Below are positions 17,580 through 26,354 of a stretch of 32,000 bases of DNA, piece after piece. The stretch spans positions 90,001 to 122,000 of the forward strand of contig JBMYVL010000005.1 in the NCBI GenBank assembly GCA_049606355.1, read 5' to 3'. Positions within the stretch are counted from its first letter, which is position 1, and each line of letters opens with the position of its first letter. Under the pieces are notes generated by a model that did not search any database, had not been told where the DNA came from, and was given only the letters and a program-made list of their open reading frames with translations. This stretch comes from Opitutales bacterium (GTDB taxonomy: Bacteria; Verrucomicrobiota; Verrucomicrobiia; Opitutales; Coraliomargaritaceae). The position numbers were made by a program, and so were the translations under genes.

Positions 17580-18090
17580 GGGCGAAACCGAACGGTTGTA
17601 TTTTCAGGCGTTCATCGCACAGTACGGCTGCCACGATGTCGCAGTCGCTCGGGGCCGCAGTTCAGATCCACTGCGTCTCGTTAGCGAGGCCATTCAAGCA
17701 CGTTTGCCGAATCCAGACACCTGGGTCGTGCTCGATGCTGAACTCCACGACAGTGATCCCACGCGCCAACGACGCTTCCACAAAGCGCTGCGACAAGCCG
17801 CGCGCTATGACATTCGCATGGCCATCGCAGAACCCTGCTTTGAGGCGTGGCTACTCAGCCACCTAGACCTCCACAAGGATTATCGATTCAAGCAAACGAG
17901 CGCTTACTTCAGCACTCTACTCGAACAAAAGACCGGGCTTGTGTATCAAAAAAGTCACTACGCAGCGGATTATTTTGTGCGCGCGGATCGCTTAGCGATC
18001 GCGCGACAATCCCCCGTCGGCCGGCGTGGACTGTCACACTTAATTGAGTGTTTATTGAATCGCGCTGATTCCTTCACTCAGCGTCCCTGA
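17563..18090 (+). CDS. RloB-like (Toprim-fold) protein, orphan
   Basis: N-terminal LLTEGETERLYF (compare RloB EGEKTEPNYF), TWVVLDAE (compare VWVVFDRD) and AEPCFEAWLLSHL (compare SNPCFELWLLLHF). ATG at 17563 overlaps the DUF2334 gene by 17 nt. The 3' end overlaps convergent yjbQ by 13 nt. Confidence 0.7.
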   Translation: MYLLTEGETERLYFQAFIAQYGCHDVAVARGRSSDPLRLVSEAIQARLPNPDTWVVLDAELHDSDPTRQRRFHKALRQAARYDIRMAIAEPCFEAWLLSHLDLHKDYRFKQTSAYFSTLLEQKTGLVYQKSHYAADYFVRADRLAIARQSPVGRRGLSHLIECLLNRADSFTQRP

Positions 18091-18497
18091 AAACTGAGTA
18101 CAATGCGCCGCTCATGACTGCGAGCGCGGTGCTCCCACAGGAACACGCCCTGCCAGGTACCCAGGCAGAGGCGTCCATCCACAAAGGGAATCACTTCAAC
18201 CGTGCGCGTGAGTGCCATCTTAATGTGGCTCGGCATATCATCGGGGCCCTCACAGGTATGCGTAAAATCCGGATCTCCCTCAGGGACTAAACGATCTATA
18301 AAGCGCTCCAAATCACGCCGAGCCGATGGATCGGCATTCTCCATGATAACCAAACTGCAACTGGTATGGCAGCAAAACACAGTAACTGCGCCTTCCTGCA
18401 AACCGGAATCACGCAAGCCAGTCGCGATTGCATCTGTAAATTCCGCGGTCGATTTGCCCGGCGCCCGGACTGTGATTGCTTGTGTATAGACTGCCAT
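18078..18497 (-). CDS. yjbQ: YjbQ/UPF0047-family protein (secondary thiamine-phosphate synthase family)
   Basis: VTVFCCHTSCSLVIMENADP, GPDDMPSHIKMAL and LGTWQGVFLWEHR motifs. 139 aa. Confidence 0.88.
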   Translation of the reverse strand: MAVYTQAITVRAPGKSTAEFTDAIATGLRDSGLQEGAVTVFCCHTSCSLVIMENADPSARRDLERFIDRLVPEGDPDFTHTCEGPDDMPSHIKMALTRTVEVIPFVDGRLCLGTWQGVFLWEHRARSHERRIVLSFQGR

Positions 18498-18590
18498 GCT
18501 GAAACCTTATGAAGGCGGCGGTGGTATTTAGCAAAAGAATGTCGCAAGTTTAATCTTTTTCCGCGGCGCTACCGCGCGTATAAACAATGG

Positions 18591-19022
18591 ATGCCTTTGT
18601 TGATTCGCGAGCTGAGCACCCTTAGCCTGTTGGTCGCACTCGGGGTCACCTATTCGCTCCTCACTGGGCCGGCCCCACGACCATGGGCACAAGCGACGCC
18701 GCCTGCCGGGGCGATTCGTGTAGCAGATGCGGCCGTACTCAATGTGCTGTGGATCGATGTGCGCAGTCGTCGCGCCTACGCAACTGGCCACATACCGGGC
18801 GCAGTGAGTGATCCTTCGGATGGCTCTGAATCGGGGCGGTTTGAATGGATGGAGGCATGGCTCGCCGCACCGCGCCCAATTATAGTGTACTGCGCGGATG
18901 CAGGCTGCGACCAAAGTCGTCAACAAGCGGAGCGATTGCGGAGCGATCTCCCGAATGCAGAAATTTATTACCTAGAAGGAGGATGGGCCGCATGGCAGGC
19001 TTACGCAACTACCTCAGATTGA
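18591..19022 (+). CDS. Membrane-anchored rhodanese-domain protein
   Basis: N-terminal TM segment. LWIDVRSRRAYATGHIPGAV, active-site-loop region IIVYCADAGCDQS, and YYLEGGWAAW. Confidence 0.8.
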   Translation: MPLLIRELSTLSLLVALGVTYSLLTGPAPRPWAQATPPAGAIRVADAAVLNVLWIDVRSRRAYATGHIPGAVSDPSDGSESGRFEWMEAWLAAPRPIIVYCADAGCDQSRQQAERLRSDLPNAEIYYLEGGWAAWQAYATTSD

Positions 19023-19429
19023 TCCTGCGCTTGAGCCTTGCCGGTGTATTTGTCGTGGCAGCACTTCCAAAGCTCCAGGATCCGGTCGGTTTCGCAGTCA
19101 GCATCACAGGCTATCGCGTGGTTGGCACAACGACTGCGGCATGGCTCGCACTCATCCTCCCGTGGCTTGAGCTCGTCTGCGGAATTGGACTGCTCATTCC
19201 ATGGTTGCGCCGCGGCAGTGCGCTGATCCTCAGCTGCCTTTTAACGCTTTTCGTAGGGCTGCACCTTAGCGTGGTCGCACGGGGCCTATCGATTGATTGC
19301 GGTTGCTTCGCATTTGCAGAGGCGACCCCCGTACATCCCTCAATAGTTATCCTCCGCACGGTGCTCCTGCTCATTGCCAGTCTTTACCTATTGTGGAGCG
19401 ATGGGGGCGAGCGTGGCACTCGACCCTAA
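18992..19429 (+). CDS. MauE/DoxX-family redox-associated membrane protein
   Basis: ATG at 18992 lies 9 nt downstream of a strong Shine-Dalgarno AAGGAGG (18976-18982) inside the rhodanese gene. Four TM segments. DCGCF motif typical of MauE-like proteins. Confidence 0.75.
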   Translation: MAGLRNYLRLILRLSLAGVFVVAALPKLQDPVGFAVSITGYRVVGTTTAAWLALILPWLELVCGIGLLIPWLRRGSALILSCLLTLFVGLHLSVVARGLSIDCGCFAFAEATPVHPSIVILRTVLLLIASLYLLWSDGGERGTRP

Positions 19430-19477
19430 TGACTTCAAGTCTTGCTTGTTGTAGCCGTCCGCCTATCCCCTTCCATT

Positions 19478-20149
19478 ATGTTACGTACCATCTTTCGCCG
19501 CAGCATCGGAGTCATTGGCCTATGCCTTTGCCTGACCGCGCAGGCATCGACACTGACCTGGGATCGTACCGAAGTACGGATGGAATTGCAGCCACACGAA
19601 ACGGAAGCGCAAGCGGTCTATACGGTAACCAACAATGGTACGGATCCGCTGCGTATGGACCGTTTGGAAACAAGCTGCGGTTGCACACTCGCCAAGATCG
19701 ACCGAAAAATTCTGCGCACCGGTGAGTCTGCTCGCATCACTGCGATTTTCAATAAGGGGAAGCGGCAAGGGAAGAACCACACGACCGTAAAAGTCTACAT
19801 GGAGGGGAAATCTGAACCGGTCGCCGTGCTGCACATGGTGGTGCGCATCCCACTATTGGTAGAGGCAACTCCGCGGATACTCTATTGGAAATCCGGAAGC
19901 CTTCAGACCGAACAGCAGATTCGCTTGGCCCTCGATCGCCGCTATATGGATCGCCTGACGGCAGTTGATTATGACCGGCAGCGCCTCACGGTGATTCAAG
20001 AGTCGGATCCGGACGGCAAAGTTGACTTCATCCTGCGTGTCACCCCAAAACGTTTCGACGCCTCATTGCGGGATACCATCGTCATCCATGCCTCGGGACC
20101 TGACGGTCTGCGCGCGGATGCGCGTATTCATGTATTTGTGCAGCCGTAA
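19478..20149 (+). CDS. DUF1573-domain secreted protein
   Basis: Signal peptide MLRTIFRRSIGVIGLCLCLTAQA. The DUF1573 hallmark YTVTNNGTDPLRMDRLETSCGCT. The ORF-track start at 19442 is TTG. Confidence 0.75.
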   Translation: MLRTIFRRSIGVIGLCLCLTAQASTLTWDRTEVRMELQPHETEAQAVYTVTNNGTDPLRMDRLETSCGCTLAKIDRKILRTGESARITAIFNKGKRQGKNHTTVKVYMEGKSEPVAVLHMVVRIPLLVEATPRILYWKSGSLQTEQQIRLALDRRYMDRLTAVDYDRQRLTVIQESDPDGKVDFILRVTPKRFDASLRDTIVIHASGPDGLRADARIHVFVQP

Positions 20150-20165
20150 AACAACCGTACGGATA

Positions 20166-21638
20166 TCAAGCAAGATCGTACTGATCGATCCGTTTGCGCA
20201 GCGTGGCACGTGTCATGCCGAGAATTTTCGCAGCCGGGGCTTGCTTCCCTCCAGTCTCCGCCAGAGCGCGAGCAATGAGTGCCCGCTCCGCATGCTCTAG
20301 GATGTTACTGCCCTGCTCCGCGCGCAATTGCTGATATGCCGCGTCGAAGGGCGCTACTGCGGGAGCTCCCAACTCCGTATCCAAGTCGGGCGCAGCTGCA
20401 GCTGTTGCAGTCGACTCCGCCAGAACTGGCAAGTCTCCGACCGAATCAATAACCTCCTGCGGTAAATCCTTGATCAAAATACTATCACCCTGCGCCATCA
20501 CCGCGCTGCGATAGATGATATTTTCCAATTCGCGAACATTGCCCGGCCAGCGATACTTCGAAAGTACCTCCAGTGCCTCTGGAGCAATCGACTGGGTCGA
20601 TGCCTTGCGATCACTGGCGAGTCGCTTCAGGACAAAATCAATTAACTGCGGTACATCCTCCATGCGCTCGCGCAGGGGCGGCAGCTGAATCCGTACAACA
20701 TTGAGTCGATAATAGAGATCTTCACGAAAGGTTTTCTCTGCCACCATCGTTTCCAGTGGCTTGTTGGTCGCCGCCAGCATGCGCACATTGACTTTGATGG
20801 TTTCGCTACTGCCGACCCGCTGAATTTCGCCTTCCTGTAAAGCACGGAGTATTTTGGTCTGCGTCGGCAGCGCCATATCGCCAATCTCATCGAGGAAAAT
20901 GGTCCCTCCATCACATTGCTCAAATTTACCAATCCGCTGACCCGTGGCGCCGGTAAAAGCACCCTTTTCATGTCCAAAAAGCTCACTCTCAATTAGATTT
21001 TCCGGGATCGCCGCGCAGTTGACCGCGATGTAGGGCTGTGTGGCCCGCAAACTGTTTTGAAAGACGGCGCGCGCAATCAACTCCTTACCCGTGCCACTTT
21101 CACCGGTAATCATTACGGTCACATCGCTGGCGGCAACTTGGCCGATGGTCTTAAAGACTGCCTGCATCGCGGCAGAGCTACCGATAATGCCGCCTTCGAT
21201 ATCTTCTTGGCTCACGCTGGGGCCAGCATCGCCCTCCGCATGAGCTTTATCGAGATCCGCGGAAGCGGCTAAGGCGGCCTCTGTCAGCGCGAGGATCTTC
21301 TTCAGATCGAACGGCTTCATAATATAATCGAAGGCGCCAAACTTCATGGCCTCAATCGTCGTCTGCGTGGTGCCATAGGCCGTCATCAAAATGATCATCG
21401 CATTCGGATTAATCCCGCGCAGATGCTGGAGCGCTTCGATTCCGCTCATTCCCCCCATGCGATTATCCAACAGGATCACTTGCGGATTGTACTGCTCCGC
21501 GGCCGTCAGGCCCTCCTCGCCGCTCGCGGCTTCGACGACCGTGTAGTTGCGGGCAGACAGGATACGTTTGAGCGAGTAGCGCAAGTCATCGTCATCATCG
21601 ATCACGAGCACGATGGGTTGAGTAGCTTTACTTGGCAT
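20166..21638 (-). CDS. Sigma-54-dependent response regulator (NtrC family: REC, AAA+, Fis-type HTH)
   Basis: REC domain (VLVIDDDDD..., [11 protein letters not shown]). Walker [15 protein letters not shown] sigma-54 contact loop. [14 protein letters not shown]-terminal [19 protein letters not shown]. Confidence 0.93.
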   Translation of the reverse strand: MPSKATQPIVLVIDDDDDLRYSLKRILSARNYTVVEAASGEEGLTAAEQYNPQVILLDNRMGGMSGIEALQHLRGINPNAMIILMTAYGTTQTTIEAMKFGAFDYIMKPFDLKKILALTEAALAASADLDKAHAEGDAGPSVSQEDIEGGIIGSSAAMQAVFKTIGQVAASDVTVMITGESGTGKELIARAVFQNSLRATQPYIAVNCAAIPENLIESELFGHEKGAFTGATGQRIGKFEQCDGGTIFLDEIGDMALPTQTKILRALQEGEIQRVGSSETIKVNVRMLAATNKPLETMVAEKTFREDLYYRLNVVRIQLPPLRERMEDVPQLIDFVLKRLASDRKASTQSIAPEALEVLSKYRWPGNVRELENIIYRSAVMAQGDSILIKDLPQEVIDSVGDLPVLAESTATAAAAPDLDTELGAPAVAPFDAAYQQLRAEQGSNILEHAERALIARALAETGGKQAPAAKILGMTRATLRKRIDQYDLA

Positions 21639-21757
21639 GCAGTTACGGTTCAGGTGTTGGGCGTGGAGACGGACTATTCATTTGGCAGAAAGCTATCCCA
21701 AGAGCAGCTTCCGTACCGTATGCCCCAGCAAAGCTCGGGCGTGCCGCCTTCGCAAGT

Positions 21758-22264
21758 CTACAGCGCGCGATATTTTGCCCACAGGTGGGCAAAGGACCAG
21801 GCAAAATCCCGAGGGCGCTCCGCCAACCAGGCATCCAAGGCAGGTAGATCCACCCAACGCCCCTCGCTGATTTCATCTGGGTCCAAGACAAAGGGTCCTT
21901 CGGCACAGCAACGGTACACCCACACAAACTCCTGCCCCGTTTGTAGGCAGGCAGGCTCCTTAAAGACCGGAATCAATTCGGATTGCGGCACTAGCCCGAT
22001 TTCCTCGCCGAGTTCACGCAGTGCCGCCGCCGCATAGCTTTCGCCATGATCCACGTGGCCGGAGCAAGAGCTCACCCACTTTCCGGGGGCAGTATCCTTT
22101 TGCAGTGAGCGACGCTGCAAAAAAAGCTGCCCCGCCGCATTGAAGACAAATATGTGCACGGCGCGATGAAGCAGGCCCTCGCGGTGAACCACGCTGCGCG
22201 CCTCGCTGCGGATGACCACATCGTTGGCATCGACCACATCAAAAAGTTCATCCGCGGGGTTCAT
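21758..22264 (-). CDS. Nudix hydrolase (IDI/YfcD-like subgroup)
   Basis: Nudix box [23 protein letters not shown], preceded by [23 protein letters not shown]. 168 aa. Confidence 0.85.
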   Translation of the reverse strand: MNPADELFDVVDANDVVIRSEARSVVHREGLLHRAVHIFVFNAAGQLFLQRRSLQKDTAPGKWVSSCSGHVDHGESYAAAALRELGEEIGLVPQSELIPVFKEPACLQTGQEFVWVYRCCAEGPFVLDPDEISEGRWVDLPALDAWLAERPRDFAWSFAHLWAKYRAL

Positions 22265-22398
22265 AAGAGGAAAGACGGGGCAAGCGAAGTAAAGTCATGC
22301 CACTTTGTCAGTGTCACGCACTGCTTTGTTCAATAAATCCGCGCGACAGCCCAAAATTTCATCCACACCACTCCCCTGCAGGCTGAGGCCGCCGCTCA

Positions 22399-23379
22399 TT
22401 AGCGAATCAAATCCTTAAAATCCTCAAACTGGCCGGTAAATCCACCCGGGACTCCCTTATGAATGACGGCGACGGCGTCATGCGAGTGCAGCGACTCTAA
22501 ATGAGCACAGGCAACCTGAAAGTCAGCGATGCGCGACTCCGCAGCGAGTTGCTCGTACAGTAAGCGCGCTGCGTCTTCGACGAATTTGGTGAACGCCCCA
22601 TTCAGTTCCGCAAAGGCCTGCTCATCCTCACGCTTCACCATTACCTGCGTCTCGGTCTTGAGCGCCTCTAAGCAGAGTTGCTGCAGCGCCTCAATGCTCA
22701 GATGCTGCCCCTCAGCCACTTCCACACTGACACGTGCGGTACTGCGCTGCGAATGCGGGATGCCGTAAATATTGCGACTATCGCGTGCATGCTCGGACAG
22801 TTCCGACGAGCACGGACAAGCAGAGGAGTAGATGAAGTCGAAATGGATGTATTTCCGAAAACGGTCGAGCTCGTCGACCTTACCTTCAAACGCACTGCGG
22901 TAGTACTGCCAGCCCTCGAGCCCGCTGCGCAAACTGGACTTGAGGATCGGATATTCAAACTCCAGCTTGAGTTGCGCACGATGGGCGCGAATCTCCCGCT
23001 TGTACGCCTCGAGAATCGCCTGCAGTAGATCCGGCGTAAATATACGCTCTTGGAACTCATAAAAGACCCGCATGATGCGCGACATATTGATGCCCTTCTG
23101 GTCCGCCTCTAATGAGACGGTACCCGTCACCGAGGTTTCCAATGTGTGCGTATCCGAGCTCGGTGTGATGTAACGCAGCGGTAAACGAAAGTTGGAAATC
23201 CCGACCTTCAAAATCGGCACATTCGCCCCAAAAATCTCGCGCGCATCTGCATTCTGCATATCCGGCAAACTGGCACGATACGCATCGGTCAAGACGAACT
23301 CGTCGTCATAGACTTTATTGGGCTGCGCACCATGGCGAGCGGGCGCCTGTTGCGCTGCACTGTCCTGATTATTTTTCAT
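22399..23379 (-). CDS. folE2: GTP cyclohydrolase IB (FolE2/MptA family)
   Basis: LPDMQN..., [24 protein letters not shown] and IPHSQRS match the FolE2 signatures (LPDVQ, VGI..l..P, CPCS, HNQRS). 326 aa. Confidence 0.8.
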   Translation of the reverse strand: MKNNQDSAAQQAPARHGAQPNKVYDDEFVLTDAYRASLPDMQNADAREIFGANVPILKVGISNFRLPLRYITPSSDTHTLETSVTGTVSLEADQKGINMSRIMRVFYEFQERIFTPDLLQAILEAYKREIRAHRAQLKLEFEYPILKSSLRSGLEGWQYYRSAFEGKVDELDRFRKYIHFDFIYSSACPCSSELSEHARDSRNIYGIPHSQRSTARVSVEVAEGQHLSIEALQQLCLEALKTETQVMVKREDEQAFAELNGAFTKFVEDAARLLYEQLAAESRIADFQVACAHLESLHSHDAVAVIHKGVPGGFTGQFEDFKDLIR

Positions 23380-23557
23380 TGAAATTGTGAAACCCCACGG
23401 AGCTAGAGATGTACCTGGCAGACCTTGACCAAGAACGGCGCCAACTGCAAGTACCTGCTGCGATTGTGGAGCGTAGCAAGAAAATCATTATCCGCGCAGA
23501 CGCAAGCGTGTAAAAATGCTTTGCGAGCGAGCGCTTCGCCACTCAACCTGCTGCAAA

Positions 23558-24343
23558 ATGTCAGCTGATTTTAAGATCTTAGGTTCCAGTAGCAGTGGCA
23601 ACTGCGCCCTACTTCGCACCGGACAGACACGAGTCTTGATTGATGCCGGTTTCTCGGGGAAGCGTATTGGCGCGATGCTCGAAGCGGTCGACGAGCGCAT
23701 TGAAGCGATCGATGCCGTCTTCTTAACCCATGAACACAGTGACCATGCACAAGGCATTCGCGGATTGGCGCGCTTCGCCGACCTGCCGATCTTTGCCAAT
23801 CGCGACACGGCCGATGCGGTCCAAGCCAAACTCAGCAAACGCCCGAATTGGCAAATCTTCGAAACCGGCAGCGCGTTTCGCTTTCGCGACATGGAGATAC
23901 GCTCATTTGCGCTCCCCCATGACGCCTATGATCCCGTCGGCTACACCTTCCACTGGGGGGAAGACGGCGACCTCATCTCCCCGCGGCAAAGCCTCGCCTG
24001 GGTCACCGACCTCGGCTACATGCCTGCGCACGTGCGCGAACACATTCGCGGGGTTGAAACACTGGTCATTGAGGCCAATTACGATGAAGCGCTGCTGGAG
24101 CAAGACACCAAGCGCCCGTGGTCAACCAAGCAGCGCATACGCGGACGGCACGGCCACCTTTCCAATACAGCCGCCTTTGAGGCAATCAACAGCTTGAACG
24201 GCGATTCCCAGCTGCGCGAAGTGTACCTGGCTCATTTGAGTCGCGACTGTAACACCGTGGAGCGTGTGCGCGCGACTTTTGCAGGGCTGCACGCAGCCAA
24301 TCGTTTCGCCATAAATGTTATCGACCCGGCCGCCAGTAACTGA
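23558..24343 (+). CDS. MBL-fold metallo-hydrolase (YycJ/VicX-like)
   Basis: [15 protein letters not shown], the LTHEHSDH metal motif, and a downstream HLS motif. ATG at 23558. Confidence 0.85.
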   Translation: MSADFKILGSSSSGNCALLRTGQTRVLIDAGFSGKRIGAMLEAVDERIEAIDAVFLTHEHSDHAQGIRGLARFADLPIFANRDTADAVQAKLSKRPNWQIFETGSAFRFRDMEIRSFALPHDAYDPVGYTFHWGEDGDLISPRQSLAWVTDLGYMPAHVREHIRGVETLVIEANYDEALLEQDTKRPWSTKQRIRGRHGHLSNTAAFEAINSLNGDSQLREVYLAHLSRDCNTVERVRATFAGLHAANRFAINVIDPAASN

Positions 24344-24371
24344 CCTGATAACACTCTTATTTAGACAAACC

Positions 24372-25796
24372 ATGGATATCGGATATCGTAAAACAAAGAT
24401 TATTTTCACCGTCGGTCCTGCGACGATGGAGGAAGCGGTGCTGGAGCGCCTGATTGAAACGGGCGTAGACATCTGCCGCATTAACATGGCACATGCGGAT
24501 CATGAGTGGACCCGTGAAATTATCCGCCGGGTGCGGCGCGTGGGTGAAAAGTGTGGTCGTCAGATTGCCATTCTAATGGATGTTAAAGGTCCGGAAATTC
24601 GCACGGGCGACGTTCCTGAAACCTACGCACTTGAAGTCGGCGAACGCCTCGACTTCACCTACGGGAGCGGGATCGGCAGTACCGGCGCGGATGGTGTGCG
24701 CCGCGTCGACGTCAACTACCCGGGACTCATGCAAGATATCAAGGTCGGCGACACCGTGCTGGTCGACAGTGGCTTGATTCGCCTCAAAGTGCTCGAAATT
24801 GAAGACGCCCGCGTGCGTACCGAAGTGATCATCCCGGGGCCACTGGGTAATCGCCGCCATATTAACCTGCCCGGCGTGCGCGTGAATTTGCCGGCGCTGA
24901 CCGAGAAAGACCAAGCCGATGTGGATGTCGGCATCGAAGCTGAGATTGACTTCTTTGCACTGTCCTTTGTGCGCGAACCGAACGATCTCGACATCTTCCA
25001 TCAGTACCTTGAGGAACGCGGCTCCAGCGCGAAAATCATTGCCAAAATTGAAGACCAGCAAGCGATCAGCAACCTGGAAGGCATTATTAAAGCTTCGGAT
25101 GGCCTAATGGTTGCGCGAGGCGATCTGGGTATCGAGTGCCCCTTTGAGGATCTGCCGCTCATTCAGAGTCGGGCAGTCCGAATGTGTATCCAAAACACCA
25201 AGCCGGTGATCGTGGCCACACACATGCTCGAATCGATGATTGAGTCGCCGATTCCCACACGTGCGGAGGTCACCGATATCGCCAATGCGATCCGTGAACA
25301 AGCAGACTGCGTGATGCTTTCCGGCGAAACCACCGTGGGCAAATATCCGGTCGAATGCGTTGAAGCGATCAATCGCATCGCTCATCGTACTGAGCGGGAG
25401 CAGAAGGAGGTCTTGCGTCAGGATCTGCAGCTCAATCTGCCTCGCTCGATGATGTTGCGCGCGGCCGCACAACTTGCCGCCAACATGCAAGCCACTGCCA
25501 TCTTGGTCTTTACGCGGCGCGGCATTTTCTCGCAAAAGCTGTCCTCGCTGCGTCCGCTGGTTCCTATTTACGCGTTCACAGACAATCCGGTACTGTTTCG
25601 CCAAATGCTTATCATGCGCGGCATCGAACCCTTCTACATGAAATTTGATCATGACCACGAGGCAACCATTCAAGACGCCTTTGCGCGACTGAAGGAGCGC
25701 AAATGGACCAAGCCGGGCGACCCGATCGTGGTGGTCACCAAGCTGTACGCGGGTGAAAAGTTGATCGACAGCACGCAGATTCGTGAGATAGATTGA
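24372..25796 (+). CDS. pyk: Pyruvate kinase
   Basis: [53 protein letters not shown] and ATHMLESM motifs. 474 aa from ATG 24372. Confidence 0.95.
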   Translation: MDIGYRKTKIIFTVGPATMEEAVLERLIETGVDICRINMAHADHEWTREIIRRVRRVGEKCGRQIAILMDVKGPEIRTGDVPETYALEVGERLDFTYGSGIGSTGADGVRRVDVNYPGLMQDIKVGDTVLVDSGLIRLKVLEIEDARVRTEVIIPGPLGNRRHINLPGVRVNLPALTEKDQADVDVGIEAEIDFFALSFVREPNDLDIFHQYLEERGSSAKIIAKIEDQQAISNLEGIIKASDGLMVARGDLGIECPFEDLPLIQSRAVRMCIQNTKPVIVATHMLESMIESPIPTRAEVTDIANAIREQADCVMLSGETTVGKYPVECVEAINRIAHRTEREQKEVLRQDLQLNLPRSMMLRAAAQLAANMQATAILVFTRRGIFSQKLSSLRPLVPIYAFTDNPVLFRQMLIMRGIEPFYMKFDHDHEATIQDAFARLKERKWTKPGDPIVVVTKLYAGEKLIDSTQIREID

Positions 25797-25820
25797 TTTT
25801 ACTATTTTATTACATCCCCT

Positions 25821-26348
25821 ATGCAAAAATTTAGAGCCCTCCTCCTCCCCCTCGCAATTGTGTTTGGTGCCATCGCTGTCTTTGAGACGGGTGCGCGCTA
25901 CGGCATGACAAACATGCGTGCGTACGCCATCGCCGAGCAGCTCCACAGCCTCACGCAAATTCGCATCACGATTCAAAACGAGGAGCAGGGCACCGCGCAA
26001 TTACCCGTGGTCCCGATCGCGCAAATTGATAATCTGATCGCATCCGGTTCCATGCTTCGCGAGATCTGGCACCTTGAGAAAAATGCCAAGCAAGTCTTGG
26101 AGAATACTCTGAGCTTTGTGATGCGCGCACGCGGCGCTGAAAATATCATCCAACGATTTGAAGCCGCGCGCGATAGCGAGGGCACGACTGCAGCAAACCA
26201 AACACAGTTTAATGAGATCATTGCCGCGATTCAATTAGCTCGCACGGAGCTGATCGACAACGCACCGACACCGGTCGCGAGTGAAACGGATGGCGTATTG
26301 GCGGATGAACCGGCTGCAGAAACATCCGCTGCGAGCGCTGCGGAATAA
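25821..26348 (+). CDS. Hypothetical N-terminally anchored or secreted protein with acidic Ala/Glu-rich tail
   Basis: ATG 24 nt after the pyk stop. Hydrophobic N-terminus LLLPLAIVFGAIAVF. No recognisable motif. Confidence 0.5.
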   Translation: MQKFRALLLPLAIVFGAIAVFETGARYGMTNMRAYAIAEQLHSLTQIRITIQNEEQGTAQLPVVPIAQIDNLIASGSMLREIWHLEKNAKQVLENTLSFVMRARGAENIIQRFEAARDSEGTTAANQTQFNEIIAAIQLARTELIDNAPTPVASETDGVLADEPAAETSAASAAE

Positions 26349-26354
26349 GGTCAC

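Noticed and set aside
20150-20165. The palindrome CCGTACGG between the convergent DUF1573 and ntrC genes, considered as a bidirectional terminator.
   Set aside because: It is an 8-nt perfect palindrome with no loop and no flanking T or A tracts, so it is too short to support a terminator call.
21423-22037. A 204-aa plus-strand ORF spanning the ntrC start, the intergenic gap and the Nudix gene.
   Set aside because: It is antisense to two well-supported genes. The translation is low-complexity and Ser/Arg/Gln-rich with no motif.
23428-23443. A sigma-54-like element TGGCGC-N5-TTGG on the minus strand upstream of folE2.
   Set aside because: The -12 element has GG instead of the near-invariant GC. 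A single degenerate match is expected by chance.
25104-26000. A 298-aa ORF on the minus strand, the longest unexplained ORF in the track.
   Set aside because: It lies antisense to the 3' half of pyk, whose translation has unambiguous pyruvate kinase motifs. Its own translation is Arg/Gly/His-rich with no motif, which is typical of shadow ORFs in GC-rich DNA.
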